Assembly (NCBI GenBank): GCA_964187785.1 | Contig: OZ076409.1 | Span: forward strand, 45,882,001-45,942,000 | Reading direction: 5' to 3' | Source: Amphiscolops sp. MND2022 | Taxonomy: Eukaryota | DNA: 60,000 bases | Shown: positions 1 to 13,600 of the stretch, in pieces | Layout: the number at the start of each line of letters is the position of its first letter | Position numbering within the stretch: the stretch's first letter is position 1 | Translations under genes and position numbers: made by a program | The notes under the pieces: model-generated | Database searches by the model: none | The model's input: only the letters and a program-made list of their open reading frames with translations | Told to the model about the DNA's origin: nothing

Positions 1-939
1 GTTTCTCAAAGCACCCAAAAAATGTTTTGAATGCTATACATGTACAACTCTGTAATTACATGAAATTTGATAGAAGTTTAGGGTTTATTTTCGCCCAATT
101 ATAACCTTGCAGAAGTATTCTTCTTTAAAATCTTGAAGTAGAAGACAACAAAAAGTCTTAATCTGTGTAAGTAAGTTGCATGCCTTTAGAATCCTTCTGT
201 GATGATTGAAATCAATGATTGAAAATTGGAATGTGGTGAGTCAGTTAAAATTAATAGGATTATCTTTTAACACTACTTTCGACGGTTTTTTGACAAACAG
301 TGCATGCTTTCTTAAGATTTCACTTCAACTCTACCCATTTGCAAGAAAGCAATCTGCTCATACCCTTATTCAGTAAATAGAGTTTGAAAATCATAGAAAT
401 TAGAAATTGATGTGTAATTGTGTTCGTAATACAATAACACGATCTTCACGGAAAATCTTTTGTCTTTTCTTTACAAGATATATGCCCAACAAAGTCTCCT
501 TTTGGTGCCCAATTACATTGAGCTTCTACGTATGTCACTAAAAAGTACACTGCATTGGTGTATCTGCCACTATGAGATTTTTCAGAACCTTTTGAAAGAA
601 ACATTACTCATTTGCAGCCTTAAGTGGGGCGGTATGAAACTCACGGTGTGCATGAATCGAAAGTTACGAACATGCTGAGTGTATCAAAAACATCAATATT
701 ATCTCATTTTGTTTCAAGACTTACCCAATCACCGTACAAAATGATCGAAGCGACAGAGTGAAAAACATCAAGGGTTATACAGACCCTCAGCGTTGTAGAT
801 ACGGATACAGCGCAGAATCATTGTGTCCAAGGTTCAAGCTTTATTTAAACCCAGCACAGGATCTAGCTAAAAGCCGCTACTTAGGAGGAACATCAACGTT
901 CATCGCAGAAAAAGAAGCGAAACTATGAAAATTGATAAT

Positions 940-1785
940 ATTGAGAATCTTACAGAACGCAATCCACGCAAGGACTACAAAACTAAAAAGCGGATCGACA
1001 AGCAGTATCTCAGTGAAACCACTAATTGAGCTGTTCAAGAAAGCTAAGTATGAATAAAAAGTTTGACGTCTTTTTCAAGGTAAAAATGTAGCCAATAAAA
1101 TATTTTATTGCTTATTATTTTATTGCATATGCTTGTACAATTTACGAAACCGTATACTCTGTTTTCGGTCTCAGTTGTGAGATATAGGGGATCAAAGATG
1201 AAAAAATTACGTTTCTTCGAAACTTCTTCGAAGGAAACAATGAAGTCAATATTTTTTAGGCGAAAATGTAGCCTAGAATCTTGTGCAAAGTTTAGCGAAA
1301 ACATGGCTTTCATATCTTTTCTCTTGGTTTTTCTTTTGAGTATCCAATCTTTTCTATTGAGTATCCATATCTTTTGAGAAATTTGCCTCACAAGGCACAT
1401 GTCACGAAACACGTCGCGAAAAAAACTCGACCACATGGGCATCTCGTAAAGCTCGAAGACCCAAAAACTTCTCAACATATCAATTTTCAATTACTGTAAA
1501 CAACTTGGAAACAATAACGGGATTTTTCAAAGCTAAATCAATGGCGCGGAGAGGAATTTCCTTGTAGACACTGTTACGCCAACCTCAAAAATGCCAAACA
1601 ATCAAAAATGAATCCGGGAATCACACTTGAGAAGGTCAAAAACAACTTCGATGTCAACAAAAAGGAAACAATAATTGTGGGGAAAACAAACATTGGAAAC
1701 ACAAAAAGAAGTGTGAATGAACGAACCGAGAATGAAATTGAATTCTTCATCCATCCTAATACAACAGCTTGTCAAAACAAAAAAC
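940..1785 (+). pseudogene. Decayed Gypsy-like gag/protease remnant, interrupted by unrelated sequence at about 1043-1490
   Basis: About 1540-1600 reads NGAERNFLVDTVTP (aspartic protease LVDTG-like motif), followed by FDVNKKETIIVGK. The upstream part is only weakly gag-like. Confidence 0.3.
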
Positions 1786-2277
1786 AACAAGCCGGGATCG
1801 GCATAAGTCGGCGCCATATCTAAGGCTCAAAAATACCAAAAGACGTCGAAGTGACAAGTATTCCTTTGCAGTACCTGAAAGTGTCAAGTATTTTTTTACA
1901 GTACGAAAGTTGGGCCCAATTGGCACGCTAGCAGACCCCCGGCGCGCTAAAAGGGGGACCATTTCGGATTTTTTAACATCCATTGTTGTCAAATATCAAA
2001 GAAATTGACAGAGGAACCCTTTGGCGAAAAAAGTTTTCGGAAAAAAGTCTCACAATGCCGAAAATAGCTGAAAGGGGGACCCTTCAGTCACTCCCTGTAT
2101 TGTATGTTACGGGGAAAAAGAGGAAAAACCTTTTTGGTTCAGTCCGCTAGGCAAATGATTCTATTTGGAACCATAAAATTTCAAAAAACTTTCAAGAACT
2201 ATTTTGGTCAGTTCGTGTGGATTGAGAAAAAGTCACCATAATAGTCGCGTTTCACTTCATGAAGTGCCGACTGAAAA
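1786..2277 (-). mobile_element. Non-autonomous Helentron-type element (HINE/DINE-1-like)
   Basis: Minus strand has a 5' T-run plus AGTCGGCAC...CGCGACT stem-loop, a 3' subTIR GGCGCCGACT, a short hairpin GCCG-ATCC-CGGC and a TTGTT end. Same architecture and terminal sequence as 59453-59919. Confidence 0.7.
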
Positions 2278-2399
2278 TCAAGCGGAAACGTTCACGCTAA
2301 AATACTAATCAAAGCCATTATAAAGAAATTCCTTCCAATACTTGAAACAAATCATACAGAGAAAGGCCAGTCCATTAGCTCTCCATTTACAAAAAACTG

Positions 2400-3037
2400 T
2401 TTATTCAGAATTGATAAGACTGACAAAACCGATCACATTGTGAACGCCACGACATTGTAAAGCACGGACAAAAAAATCCCGGATTTCAAAACGAGAGAGG
2501 CGGGTTTGAGACTTGGATTCATGGTGAGGCGTTTCAGGAGGAACATTAGAAAAAAGAAACCGAACACATAAGAAGTGTTCCGTTTCAAGCCAGTAACGGT
2601 TATTAAGTTTAAACATACGTCAATGAAGGTGTGGATTGAAAAAATTAAACATAGTTGTTCAAGAAACCAAACAATGATGCGTGGAGTTAAAGTAGTAGGT
2701 TTGCAAAAACCATCATCATGGAGACAAGGTAAAGTGTGTCCATGATAGAATAATTTATTATCTTTATCACCATAGGCTATTCCAATTTCTTGCATAATTG
2801 AAGATCAACTATCTCTTTCAGTTATTATTTCATTCCGATCCCAACAAACAGTTTTTTAAAAGTTGCGTTTAAAACAAATTGAAAAATTGTTATCCAAGCA
2901 AAATCATGTTTTGAAAAGTGTTGAGTTTAGTTAAATGAAAAGGAGGTTTTCTAGTTTCCAGAAGGCGTTGTTTTTGAATATTGTCAAAGAAGGTGAAGGA
3001 GTTACTATAATCAAAAGCATTAGGAGGATTATCAGCT
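2400..3037 (-). pseudogene. Envelope/fusion-glycoprotein-like fragment (frameshifted)
   Basis: Reads LFYHGHTLPCLHDDGFCKPTTLTPRIIVWFLEQLCLIF, then after a frameshift RMFKLNNRYWLET. The C-x4-G-x-C...W...C spacing is like class III fusogen-type env genes. Same strand as Gypsy A pol. Confidence 0.45.
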
Positions 3038-3393
3038 CCATTCAACAGAGTTACATTCAAAAATGGTCATGTAGATTAATAACGAAGTTTATAGTTTCGG
3101 CTCTATGACCTCGAACACCACACATGTGAGGGGTAAAGAAGGTTATAATAGGTAATAGGTGAATGACTTTGAAACCTAGCCGAGCTGTTTGCGTTAGGCA
3201 CCTTCATATGTGTACCAAGTTTGAAGTCCTCAGGGTTATTCGTTGTAGAGAAAACCCTGACTGCGGGGATTCAATTTTGTGACGGTCGAAGTTTCTTTAA
3301 AATTCAATCGAAATTGTATGAGTTGAAGTTCTTGTTTCCCAACCAACATGTTCCAAATGGACGTTCTTGGCCTGCTGCTGACTGGCGCTAAAA
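3038..3393 (-). repeat. Truncated 3' LTR of BEL/Pao derivative
   Basis: Follows GTAGAAAAACAAGGCCGGCAA (PPT region) and aligns with 7415-7060. Confidence 0.75.
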
Positions 3394-6300
3394 TTGCCGG
3401 CCTTGTTTTTCTACCGAAAAACACTTTCAGAGAACAGGGTTGTCAGTTTCACTACTGGTCTTTTGAGTGTGTCATCAATCGTGGTTGTCTTTCTGAGGTC
3501 TTCAGCTTCATAGTCATGTTTGCCAGTTGTTTGCGGTGTTTTTTCTCTTCTGCAGTGATTTTCCAGCCCATAATCCAGTTCCAGGTCTCTGACCAGAAGG
3601 TTTTTTTTCAAAAGTTCACATACCACAACCAATGGTTTCCAAAAAACTGTTTCCTCATTTGAAGTCATAGTTTTCCCAATTCTACCAAACCTCATCATCT
3701 ACGTCCAACTTTCATTGTTTTCAATCAACTGCTTTTCCTTTGAACTTTTGAAAGGTATGATACAAAAAATGCCTCTGTTCATTCAACTCGCGAGAAAGAT
3801 ATGCCAGAGCGAGTTTGGTTTCTGGTTTTTCCAGATTTTTTTTTCGGATCCAGCCTTCTTGAAAAGACGTTGAATCATCCATCATCATATTTAGTAGATA
3901 AAGAGACTCTTCAATATTACAGCAACTGAAGTCCTTGTCTTTATTTTCAGTGGTTTCAATGCATCCAATGGGAAAGAATTCGTGCTTTGAATTCAATCTC
4001 TGGGCTACGTTTTGCTCTATGCTTACAGACACGTTGTTTTCCGTAGCTACAAGCGAATTTGCTCCCAGTAACTCCCAATGCACATTTCGACACATATGCC
4101 GCAAAAGTGGAATTTATCATCGAATATAAAGTGTATTTTCAGTAAAACGAGAACGAACCGTATTCTAGTCAAACAATGCATCTTGTTCATCGCGGATTGT
4201 GATGCAAAGTGTAATCAGATTTTGAGGTTTGTGATCATTGAGCGTAATAAGAGAGCGTGATAAGTTGTCTCCGAAATCATCTAGACCAATTGTGTCATCT
4301 TATAATCCATTCTCGTTCAAGTGAGCGCTTTCTTTCATTCCAGGAATCAGGTTCGAGTAAGATTCAACTTTCCAAGATCTTTTCTTCGGTTGCTTGCGGT
4401 GGCTGTTGGTCATGAGTTTTATCAATGTCATAAGATTGTGCCACTGCGTCCATCCCAGAGTTTCCATTACCATTCCGAGAGTTCCATAAATTACTATGAT
4501 TTAGGATAGATTCTTCAAAACTGCCTAAGTTGCATTCATTGTTTGTGTTTCACTTTTGGCGACGTTATTCACTGATTGTCATGTCCCATTGCAACGCGGT
4601 ATAGCTTTTGATGCCTTGCTTCTTCATTACAAACGTCTTGCAGTGCGAATTGTCGCTTATGCACAAACCCAAAACATTTGTCCAATTCAAAACATTTCAA
4701 CGACTCACAATCAATAATTTTGTCACTCAGATTTTCATAGCTGGAAGACTTGTCGGTACAATTAAACCGCTCAGATTCCCATTCCTCCATCGTACACTTT
4801 CCTTTTCGTTTCTGGTTAGGAATTTTTAGCGAAGCCGTTTCTTATTGCTTGTCCAGAACTTCGTCTTTTGTTTTCTGCGATCCAATTCGTTCACTTGAAT
4901 TTTCATTGCCTTGCTCGAAGTTTGCCCTGTTCGAGTTTGCTTCACAGTTGTCATTGTGGAACTTCCAAGGCTTCTATGGTTGGACCGCCATTGTGATCCA
5001 ACAATGCTCTTTGAATCAAATCGCCTAAAACACAGTTCTTTGTTGTTTCTCAGGTGTGACTTGACACCTTGTGCGTCACTTCATTCATGTCGTTCTGAGA
5101 GTGAGCGTTTCGCTCACACAGTTCAGTTCCAATAGGAGTCTTTGTTGATGTCTGATAACATTTCTGAGGACCTCTGCATGGTTGCAATTGCTTTGTTACT
5201 TTCTGCGATTGTGTCGGTGGTAACTGAATTCCATTTCGTGCTAATTCCTTGTCTTAGTTGGCAACCTGTTTAGTCCTCGCGTTCCTCCTTAGAGTTTAGC
5301 AATTTCTAGTCCTTCTGAGAGTTTCCTCAATTTCATCATTCGTGAGGTCCAACACATGAGATCTACGTTATGCAACAATGGTTTTTTCCGCGACATTCGA
5401 ATACCGAATGATTCATTTTTCTTTTACAAAGAAAAACACATCTTGCTAGTCAGGGTTGTCATCCAAGTCTTTAATCAGAGTCCGTAGTCTTCCAAAAAGT
5501 GTGGGCACAATATACAGATAACAGCGCCACATATACCAACCAGACGCAATCTCCAAATCTCTTGATCGGAGTTCCATCAGTTCTTGATTCTGCTTTGTGT
5601 TTCTTTGATCAAATACAATTGTCATTCGAGGATACTGCACCTCGAGCATTTCTTTCTTTCTTGCTTTCATTTGTTTAGATTGCAGTTTGTTGTTTAACTG
5701 AGCTTTTTCTGACTACACAATAGTTTCTTTTCGACTTTGTCATTTTTTCCAATGTTCGCAATTTGTTAGATTTGAAGTGTCAACTGCTCAACCCAATAAT
5801 CAATTGACAATTAACGAAGAATCAACCCAATAATGTCGATTATGCTTGCTTTCTTTGACGATCTTTATTGTTTCGGTGGATCTCGTCCCAATGACATAAT
5901 CCATCTGTTTTACTTGGTGGATATACTCGCAGTGATGCCTTAATTCAAAGTTTTGCTTTCAAATAGGAATACGTTTCCCAAGAATTGTCCCAAAACTGGA
6001 ATTGAAGCACACCAGCTCCTAGATTGCTGCTAAAGCACAACTCGCAGAGTACACAACTAATCCAGTTCCAAATCGCGCAATAGTTCATTACCAAAGCCCA
6101 GTTTATACTTTCCAGAGTGTTCCAATCACCAACTGTAGACCCAATTGCCACAGTTAGCGTTGGTCGTGAATAGTTGTTCTAGCTACTTGTCGCAATTCCG
6201 TTCGAATGCGACGACTCTTGCAATACTTTTCGATTGCTTTGCGAACAGGATCACCTGTTGCCAGTTCTAGGTTTGGAAGGTTTCCACAATTAGGCTTGTC

Positions 6301-6566
6301 CTCCCAGCTCTCTGGTTTGCCAATGAAACCAAGTCGGAAGCTTTTTCCAAGCTTCCTGTCACTTGGACAGATAGATGTCGTGTCACCCGTTTGATGGCTC
6401 TAACTGCTCACGGGTCTTTCACACATGATGAAAACGACGTTGCTCTTGCAGTGTCAACCCACATTGATGTCCACTGCAACAGTTGATGTCCGCCCAATGT
6501 GATGATGTCCGCCTCAAAAAAATGATGCCCGCCTCAAACTGATGATTTCCGGTTGGTGGACCAAAA

Positions 6567-7415
6567 TGCTTGATCACTTCACTTGACCAAACTTTACGCC
6601 ACTCTAAATTCGACGCTCAGCACTGCGGATCGTGACCAACCACTGCTTGCTTCTTATATTAAAAGGAATGTATCTTGACTTAGTAGGATCCAATGATCCC
6701 GAATTGCACTCCTTTCTTGTCTCATAACGCGTCCAACTCTCCACAAGTTGAAAGTAACTTACTTAGTCGCCCTAATTCTTTGGCGAAAAGTCGAAAAGAG
6801 GTAAAGAAATGAATTGAGAAAAGAAGTGGTCCTGAGACCCAACTTCACCATAGTGTTTCATCTCTATATAGTTAAAACCTCAATATAGTTTTCGTATAAA
6901 TATGGTTAACATCTCTACAGTAAGTATAAGTCAAAACATGATGTTTGTATAAATGACATTAAGTGAACTATTAAAGGTATTGGCTATGTAAACAAACCAG
7001 ATGCTGAGTCTTCAACATTGGATAGGTGGTCTCATAAGCATGTTTACACTATGTAAATATCATTCAATTCAACAGAGTCACATTCAAAAGTGGTCCTTTG
7101 GGCTCATAACGAAGTTTATATTTTCGGTTCAATGACCTTGAACACCACTCATGTGAGAGGTAAAAAGATGTTATAATGGGTGAATGACCTTGAAAATTAA
7201 ACGGGCAAGTTGTGTCAGGCACCGTCATATGTGTACCGAGTTTCAACTTTCTTGGGTTAATATTGTAGCGAAAACCGTTACTGAGGAGGTTTTTCAATTT
7301 TGTGATGGTCAACGTTTCTGTAATCTTTCATCAAAGTTTCATGAGTTTAAGTTCTTATTTCTCAACCACCATGTTCCAAATTGACTAGTTTGCCTGCTGA
7401 TGACTGGGGCCAACC
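6567..7415 (-). repeat. 5' LTR of BEL/Pao derivative
   Basis: The 3' half aligns with 46490-46775. It is directly followed by a PBS; the terminal GCCGTTACA is missing. Confidence 0.8.
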
Positions 7416-7419
7416 TTAC

Positions 7420-10335
7420 GGTTACAGTTATATTGAAGATTGCATCGTGGAGGTCTTCGGATAGTGGATTCAGAAGAGGTTTCTAAGAGATTATCTAAAG
7501 AGGAAGTGGTATGTTTAGAAGCGGAATTATAAGAAGGAAGACGAGGATAAATAAGAGAAAGTGTAGTAGAATTAGCGTCACTTGGGGCGTCTTTTTCACT
7601 AAAGGTGTCAGAAGATTCGAGAACAGGGGAATTCTTGAAGGGAGTGGAAGCGAATATTCAGGTACAGTATGTACACATGGTTTCGGGAATGAAAGTGAAG
7701 GATCCAATTGAGAGTGTCGACGACGACCTTTAACAGAAGTAGGAACTAGGATTGATTTACGAGGTTGAGGTTTCTTAATATTTCTTAAGAGTGCTGTGTC
7801 AAAATCCCTGAGATCAGGAACATGAGCTTGAGAGGCAGGAGGTGGAGAATGAGTTGGTGTGACATCAAAAGAAGTCAAAGGGAGTTCATTATCAGAAAGA
7901 GGAAGAGTTGAAGATTTTCGGAGTTGTTGTTAAACAGCAGTGGTTTTAAGAGCAAGTGTAGGATATTAGCACTAGTATTCAAAGAAGGAGCGATAGGGAT
8001 AGGATTTAGAGGTTCACGGTGTAAGATTAAATAAGTTATTTGAGAGGAGTTACTAGTATTAGTGGAAACTGAGGAAGAAACAGACGAAATAGAATCTGTG
8101 TAACTGGAGGAAAAAGGAACAGAAGGATCCAGGATGGAAACAGGGGAAGTTTCCTAAACAATATTAGTGAGTGTTATGAAGATGTTATATTCAATAAGTA
8201 ATTTTTCAATGAATGAGAGATTTCACAGAAGAAAACTGAAATGGTTATTAGCCCTTTTGATTAGCCGACCGTTCAATCAAAGCTCGTGAACAAAATGAGC
8301 AGAAAGTATTCAAAGAATTGGCTAATAGTTAGATTGTGAATGTCAGGTATCAGGCATAATCCTGTGTCTAGACATGTGAAATTCAACTAAAGCCTAGCAG
8401 GAAGTGTAATTGTTGGATGAACTTAAAATTAAGGAGGGAAGCTAAAAGTGGGTTTGGAGATGGGAGATGGTAATCTTCCGGTGGGAGAGGTAGAAATTTG
8501 TGTGGTGAAGGAGGCTCTCGAAAATGAGTGGGTAAGTTTTGAGAATCTGATGTAGATTCAAAAGAGAGATGGGGAGAATCAGCAACACGATTAGAATTGA
8601 GGAAAAGAGGGTGTGCTAGAGGAGGTGGAATGACGAATAGGATTTAACAGCATTTCAAAATCAGAGTTTGTGGAATCGAGAGTATTATCTGAATTGTTAT
8701 TTAAAAGAGTGGAAGGAGGGGGTTTTGATAAGTAGAAGGAGGGTGCAAAATCATTTCGTATTGTGCAATGGTTTTAGTACAAGTAGTGTTTGGATTAAAA
8801 GATTCAAAAGGGGTGTCAGATTCATTTCGAGGTAGATTAGAGAGAATATCTTGGTAGGAGTTCTTTAGGATAGTATGGCAAAATATGATTGCGATGAGTG
8901 TGGAACGTAGAGCCATTTTAGGCCATAAGTTCATAAGTAACATCGGAGAGATTTTGAACAGTTTTGTATGGGCCAAGACGGAGGGGTTTAGGTTTATTGG
9001 AGAACTTGACAGGTTTAAAGTTAGTGTGTATAACAAGTGTGTTACGAGGAGGGTTGTTTTGAATGAGTGGTTTCAAATGTGCAGTTTTGTGAATGAAATT
9101 TATTGGTTATGTGGCGATGAACTGTAGTTATTTTTCCTGATATTGCTTTCAATGGCCACAAGGAGATAGGTTTGTTGTGAAATGAATGGAAAAAGGGATT
9201 GAAATCTTGGTCACTTTTTTGTGTATGAGGTGGAGGAACGAATTACAGTATGTTGCCATAGAGTTTCAAGAGGAATCACGTAACAGATTGAGAGAGAAGG
9301 TTAATGGAGAACGAGGTTGAATATGGAAAACAATTTGATAAGGAGAAAGTGTAAATTGAGAAAAAGAGTACTATTGTGAACATAAGCGTACATTTGAGTT
9401 TGAAATGACCAATTAGTAGGAGGAATCTTGAAACATAGACGGAGGTGAGTTTCGAGATCACAATATTAGACTTCTACTAAACCATTTGTCCAAGAAGAGT
9501 ATGGAGTACGTGGAGAGTGGTTATTATTAAAGAGAAAGCAAAAACTTGTTTAATATATTCAGTACCTCGATCAGTTACGAGATTTTGAGGTGTGTCAAAT
9601 GTAGTAATCCAATGATGGAGTAGTGATTGGATAGCATTTCCGCGGAAAAATCAGCAGCAGGGTTAGTCACAACAAAACGACTCAAACCATCAATGATTAG
9701 AAAACTATAGGCGTTACCTTGTGAAGAAGGCAGGATAGGTCCGTTAGTGTTCATGGAGATTCGATAGTTAAAATGAGTGGCGTTTTTCAAAATGGTAGAG
9801 GAGGAGAAATATCATTTGGTTGAAATTGGTTGAAAAGGAAAGTGTTTGTTCGTTTCACATTCAATACAATCATGAAAGAAATTAGAAAATCATTAAGGTA
9901 AATGAGGATTATAGTAAAATTGGTTGAACGTTTTAATAGCGAATTTTGGCCATGATAAAACCTTCTTCAAATATTCGAGAGTTGAAAGTATAATATTGAA
10001 TAAAATGAGAGTTTAGGTCAAAATATAAATTTTGGAAATGTTTGTAAAAAGTATAGAGAAAAGAGGTAGTTTTAGAAATTGAAGTTGAAGTGTAAGGTTT
10101 GTAACCATGTATAAACAAACAGTGGAGAGAACAGGATCATCTTTTTGAGGTTGGAGAAGTATGGGTATAGTTGAAAAGGTAGTAAATGGAACGAATAGTT
10201 TTCCAAGAGCATTGCAATGAGCAAAAAAAGAATGGATCAAAAAATGGCAAAGACTGGGTGGAGGTCGGTTTAATAGGCGTTTGTATAATGGTGTTAGAAT
10301 AAGAAGATTCATCAGAGTTGGGATATAAAGACACC
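7420..10335 (-). pseudogene. Gypsy A: decayed integrase and long Pro/Ser-rich pol C-terminus
   Basis: Fragments QKDDPVL, GPILPSSQGNAYSFLIIDGLSRFVV and TPYSSWTNGLVEV, plus a terminal RRPPRCNLQ (RYNLR-like). Many frameshifts. Confidence 0.8.
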
Positions 10336-10663
10336 AACCAAATCACAAAGTAAAGCAAACAGCGGTCGCGAACCAACCAGAAATGGGTACTGCTTCTACT
10401 GCATCTAAGTTGGCCATTTTAGTGCAGAATGCCGAAAAACGAAACAAGAATATTTGCAGGAAAAACGGGAAAAACAACTGCCCTGAACAGTGATTCTGCA
10501 GGAAACAAGTTAAATGCAATACTTGCGGCAAACCACATAAAACGGAAGATGGTTGAAAAGGAGCCAACGCAGTCAACGATCTCAGAACGAAGCGCAACTA
10601 TCAAACAGAGCTCTAACCAGAAAACAACGTCAAACCAACGACATCAGTCCCAGCTGAAGAACC

Positions 10664-10692
10664 AAAAAACTAGAAACGCCGCGACTGCGTTT
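10664..10692 (+). promoter_or_regulatory. Candidate -1 ribosomal frameshift site at the gag/pol junction
   Basis: A AAA AAC heptamer, then TAG, then hairpin AAACGC-cgcgact-GCGTTT. The -1 frame stays open for about 50 codons. Confidence 0.55.
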
Positions 10693-13600
10693 TGGGGAAA
10701 CACTAAACGCGAGGGCATACACCATAGAAGATCCCCACCGAATACACTCAGTCCCAAATTGCAACGAAATCTCAACAGACGACTGGCAGCGACGCCGAAA
10801 CGTCGCAGCAATATAGAATTATCACGCCAAACATAAATAACAAGAATGCTACCCGGAATGGATGAAGATCAGTATATGATGACCAAACGACCACTGCCAG
10901 ACTCAAATCAGGAAGGCACCTACTTTAACGACAAAGATTGTAGATGCGATCCTTGGGACAAACGAGATATCTATGACCAGTCCACCCTCATCTTCAAACT
11001 CCACTCCTACACACCTCCAGCAACTCGACAGGACAATACTCCTAAGGAGCAGACCATACCCCCACCGCCCAAGAAAGATGACACCGGCTCCACAAATGAC
11101 ACTAAAACAATACTCCGATTTCACCTAATTCCATCAAGGAGTACATAGAAGAAAAAGGTTGCGATTTCTACCCACCACTCCACTCCATGATTCCACTGAA
11201 AAAACGACGAAGAATGCTGCACCTACCACTCAATTTTGAAGAAATAACAATGGACCGGTTAATAGACTCGGGCGCTTTCATCAATGCCATATCATGATCA
11301 TATAACACTATGATAAAACTCAATTGCGATAACCTGTCATCAAAGAGTACCCAAAACTGCTGTTCAAAATCGCATGCTCTAACGCCCAATTGGAACAATC
11401 TATAACCAGAGCAGTCATACACTTCAACATTGGGTCGTAAACAATCACAGACACGTTCGTTGTACTATCCAAAATCTCCTTCCTGAGAAGAGGTCTGAAC
11501 TTCTTTAGGAACAACCAAGCCTTTCTGGACATAGCCAATGAACAATCAGTTTCCCGCACGTCAGAATAACGATGGCAATGACCAACGAAATGAAAAATTG
11601 CAACCCAAAACTGCTTCAAAAACAAGCTGAGAGGAATCAAACAAAACCGCCACAGCAAATAACAACTGTCTCAGCAATAGTCATCACCACCAGTGCAAAT
11701 CACATCACCGGTGCATTGGAGTCACTACGCCGATTCGACTAAACAACTAACAAAACTGTCGAACCAGCATTGGCAGCACACAACAACAGAACAAACATTA
11801 AGAGGGCCAAAAAACATTCTCATTTACTATAAAGAATCAAACCAAATTAGCGGAACTCCAAATCCTCAAACTGGAGAAAACTAAACAAATACGGCCCATG
11901 GAGGGTGCAGCACTAATATTATTGGAAGATACGAATGACACGCACATGTACGTCAATAAACTCATAAAAGCAAAAGAATGCAACCAAAAAGACAAAAACT
12001 TTTGTTTCCCGACCCGAAAACCCAGGAAACGAAGACCAACACACGCCAATTTAACATCGGATACTCAACGAAGTACGAAAGTTCAAGAAAAAATAACTAG
12101 AACCGAAAAAGACGAAGAGTCGAGAGAGGAAATTCTCGACAAACTTAGGTTGGACGGATCACAATTATAATGCAAAAACAATGAACAACTACAACAAACC
12201 ATAGTTGAAAACAATGAAATTTTTGCCCGATAACAATTAAACATCGGAATCAACAATAGTTTCAAAGTAAATTTAACGCCCGAAGACGAACGCCCAGTGA
12301 AGACGCAAAGCTTCCCGATCTATTTTTGAAAAAAGACTTAACAGTCGAATTAGATCTGATTCAACGTTCTCACATAATACCAACGTGGCGATTTTACAAT
12401 TATGTCAGCTCAATTGTCGCACAACGCAAACCAAACGGCAAATTGTGCATACTTGTCGATCTGCGGAAAGTCAAGGCGCTAATATCAGATGATTATAACA
12501 TCAAAAATCATCCAGATAGCACCATATTAGATTCAGCGCAACACCTAGCTGCTGAAAAACTCTTTTGCAAATTAGATTGTTCGCAAGCCTACCAATGTCT
12601 ACAATTGACCTACAAAGATCACTTGAATTGTTTCAATTTCGCAAACAGAACCTTCGCAAACAAACGATTGGCACAAGGCTTGAGCAGACACTTATCAGCT
12701 TGTTCTAACTTCAAGCGAGAGTATTTGGACCAAGTAATCACAGCAAATCAATGCGCTCAATGTGTCGACGATTTTGGAAAAGCTGTAAATACCGTCATAC
12801 AATTGATGCGCAACGGTTTTTGAGTGCACCTGGAGAACTGGCTCGATATTCGCCAAAAAAATTGCCGTTTTGGTGTTACGGAAGTAGAATTTTTAAGCAG
12901 AACAACCACATTTTAAGGAGTAGCCCCCCTGGATGACAAACTCAAGAAATGTCTGTCAAATGTGCGATTTACCAAATCAAAAATCCATTTCAAAGATGTA
13001 TTGGTCTTGTCAACAATTATCGCAACTACATCCCGCATCTGTCCCAAAAAGTACTTGCAATTTACGAGCGTTTGAGAGCAGACAAACAGAAAGGGAAAAA
13101 ACCAAAAAACCGCTGGACAATTACAAAGCGATCATTGCAGCGCTAGCGGTAGCGCACGCATTGACCCTCAAACAGCCAATCACATAACGTCAATACGTCC
13201 TAATGGCAGACGCCAGCTTTTGCGCCACGGGATATGCGTAATGACGAGAATGACCAGAAAAAACTCAACTCAAAAAAAGAAAACTTTCGCCTCAGTCGCA
13301 TTTGGTTCAAAAGTTATTTTCCCCAGCGCAATTGAAATTGTCCGATTATTGCAAATAATTTCTAGCAATCTACCATGCTTTTTTAAAATACAGCCATATT
13401 CAGTGGAAGATGACGCTACCGACATTAGTTATGACTAAAAATAGGTCAGTGACCCGCTTCTTCCAAACGAAAGCAATACTACCACACTATGGAACACGAG
13501 AAACTACGTCCTGCAACTCAATTTATACTCACATAATGCACGTAGCAGATGCGCAAAACACTGCAGCTGATTTTTTATCGAGAAATAAATGAAATCCAAA

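Larger units (their letters stand above)
3038..7415 (-). mobile_element. Internally deleted, non-autonomous BEL/Pao element
   Basis: 5' LTR 7415-6567, PBS TGGTCCACCAACCGGA at 6563-6548, UTR repeats and decayed gag. Remnants include LNENGL (~4310) and LKRPVVKLTTLFSESVFR (ORF 3411-3698), matching the end of the intact BEL pol. Truncated 3' LTR 3393-3038. Confidence 0.8.

Noticed and set aside
445..540. Minus-strand frame TYVEAQCNWAPKGDFVGHISCKEK after TTTTTAG
   Set aside because: Only about 30 codons, with no recognisable family or partner exon.
1044..1490. 148-aa minus ORF and 89-aa plus ORF
   Set aside because: AT-rich, F/K/I-biased and motif-free; likely a non-coding repeat.
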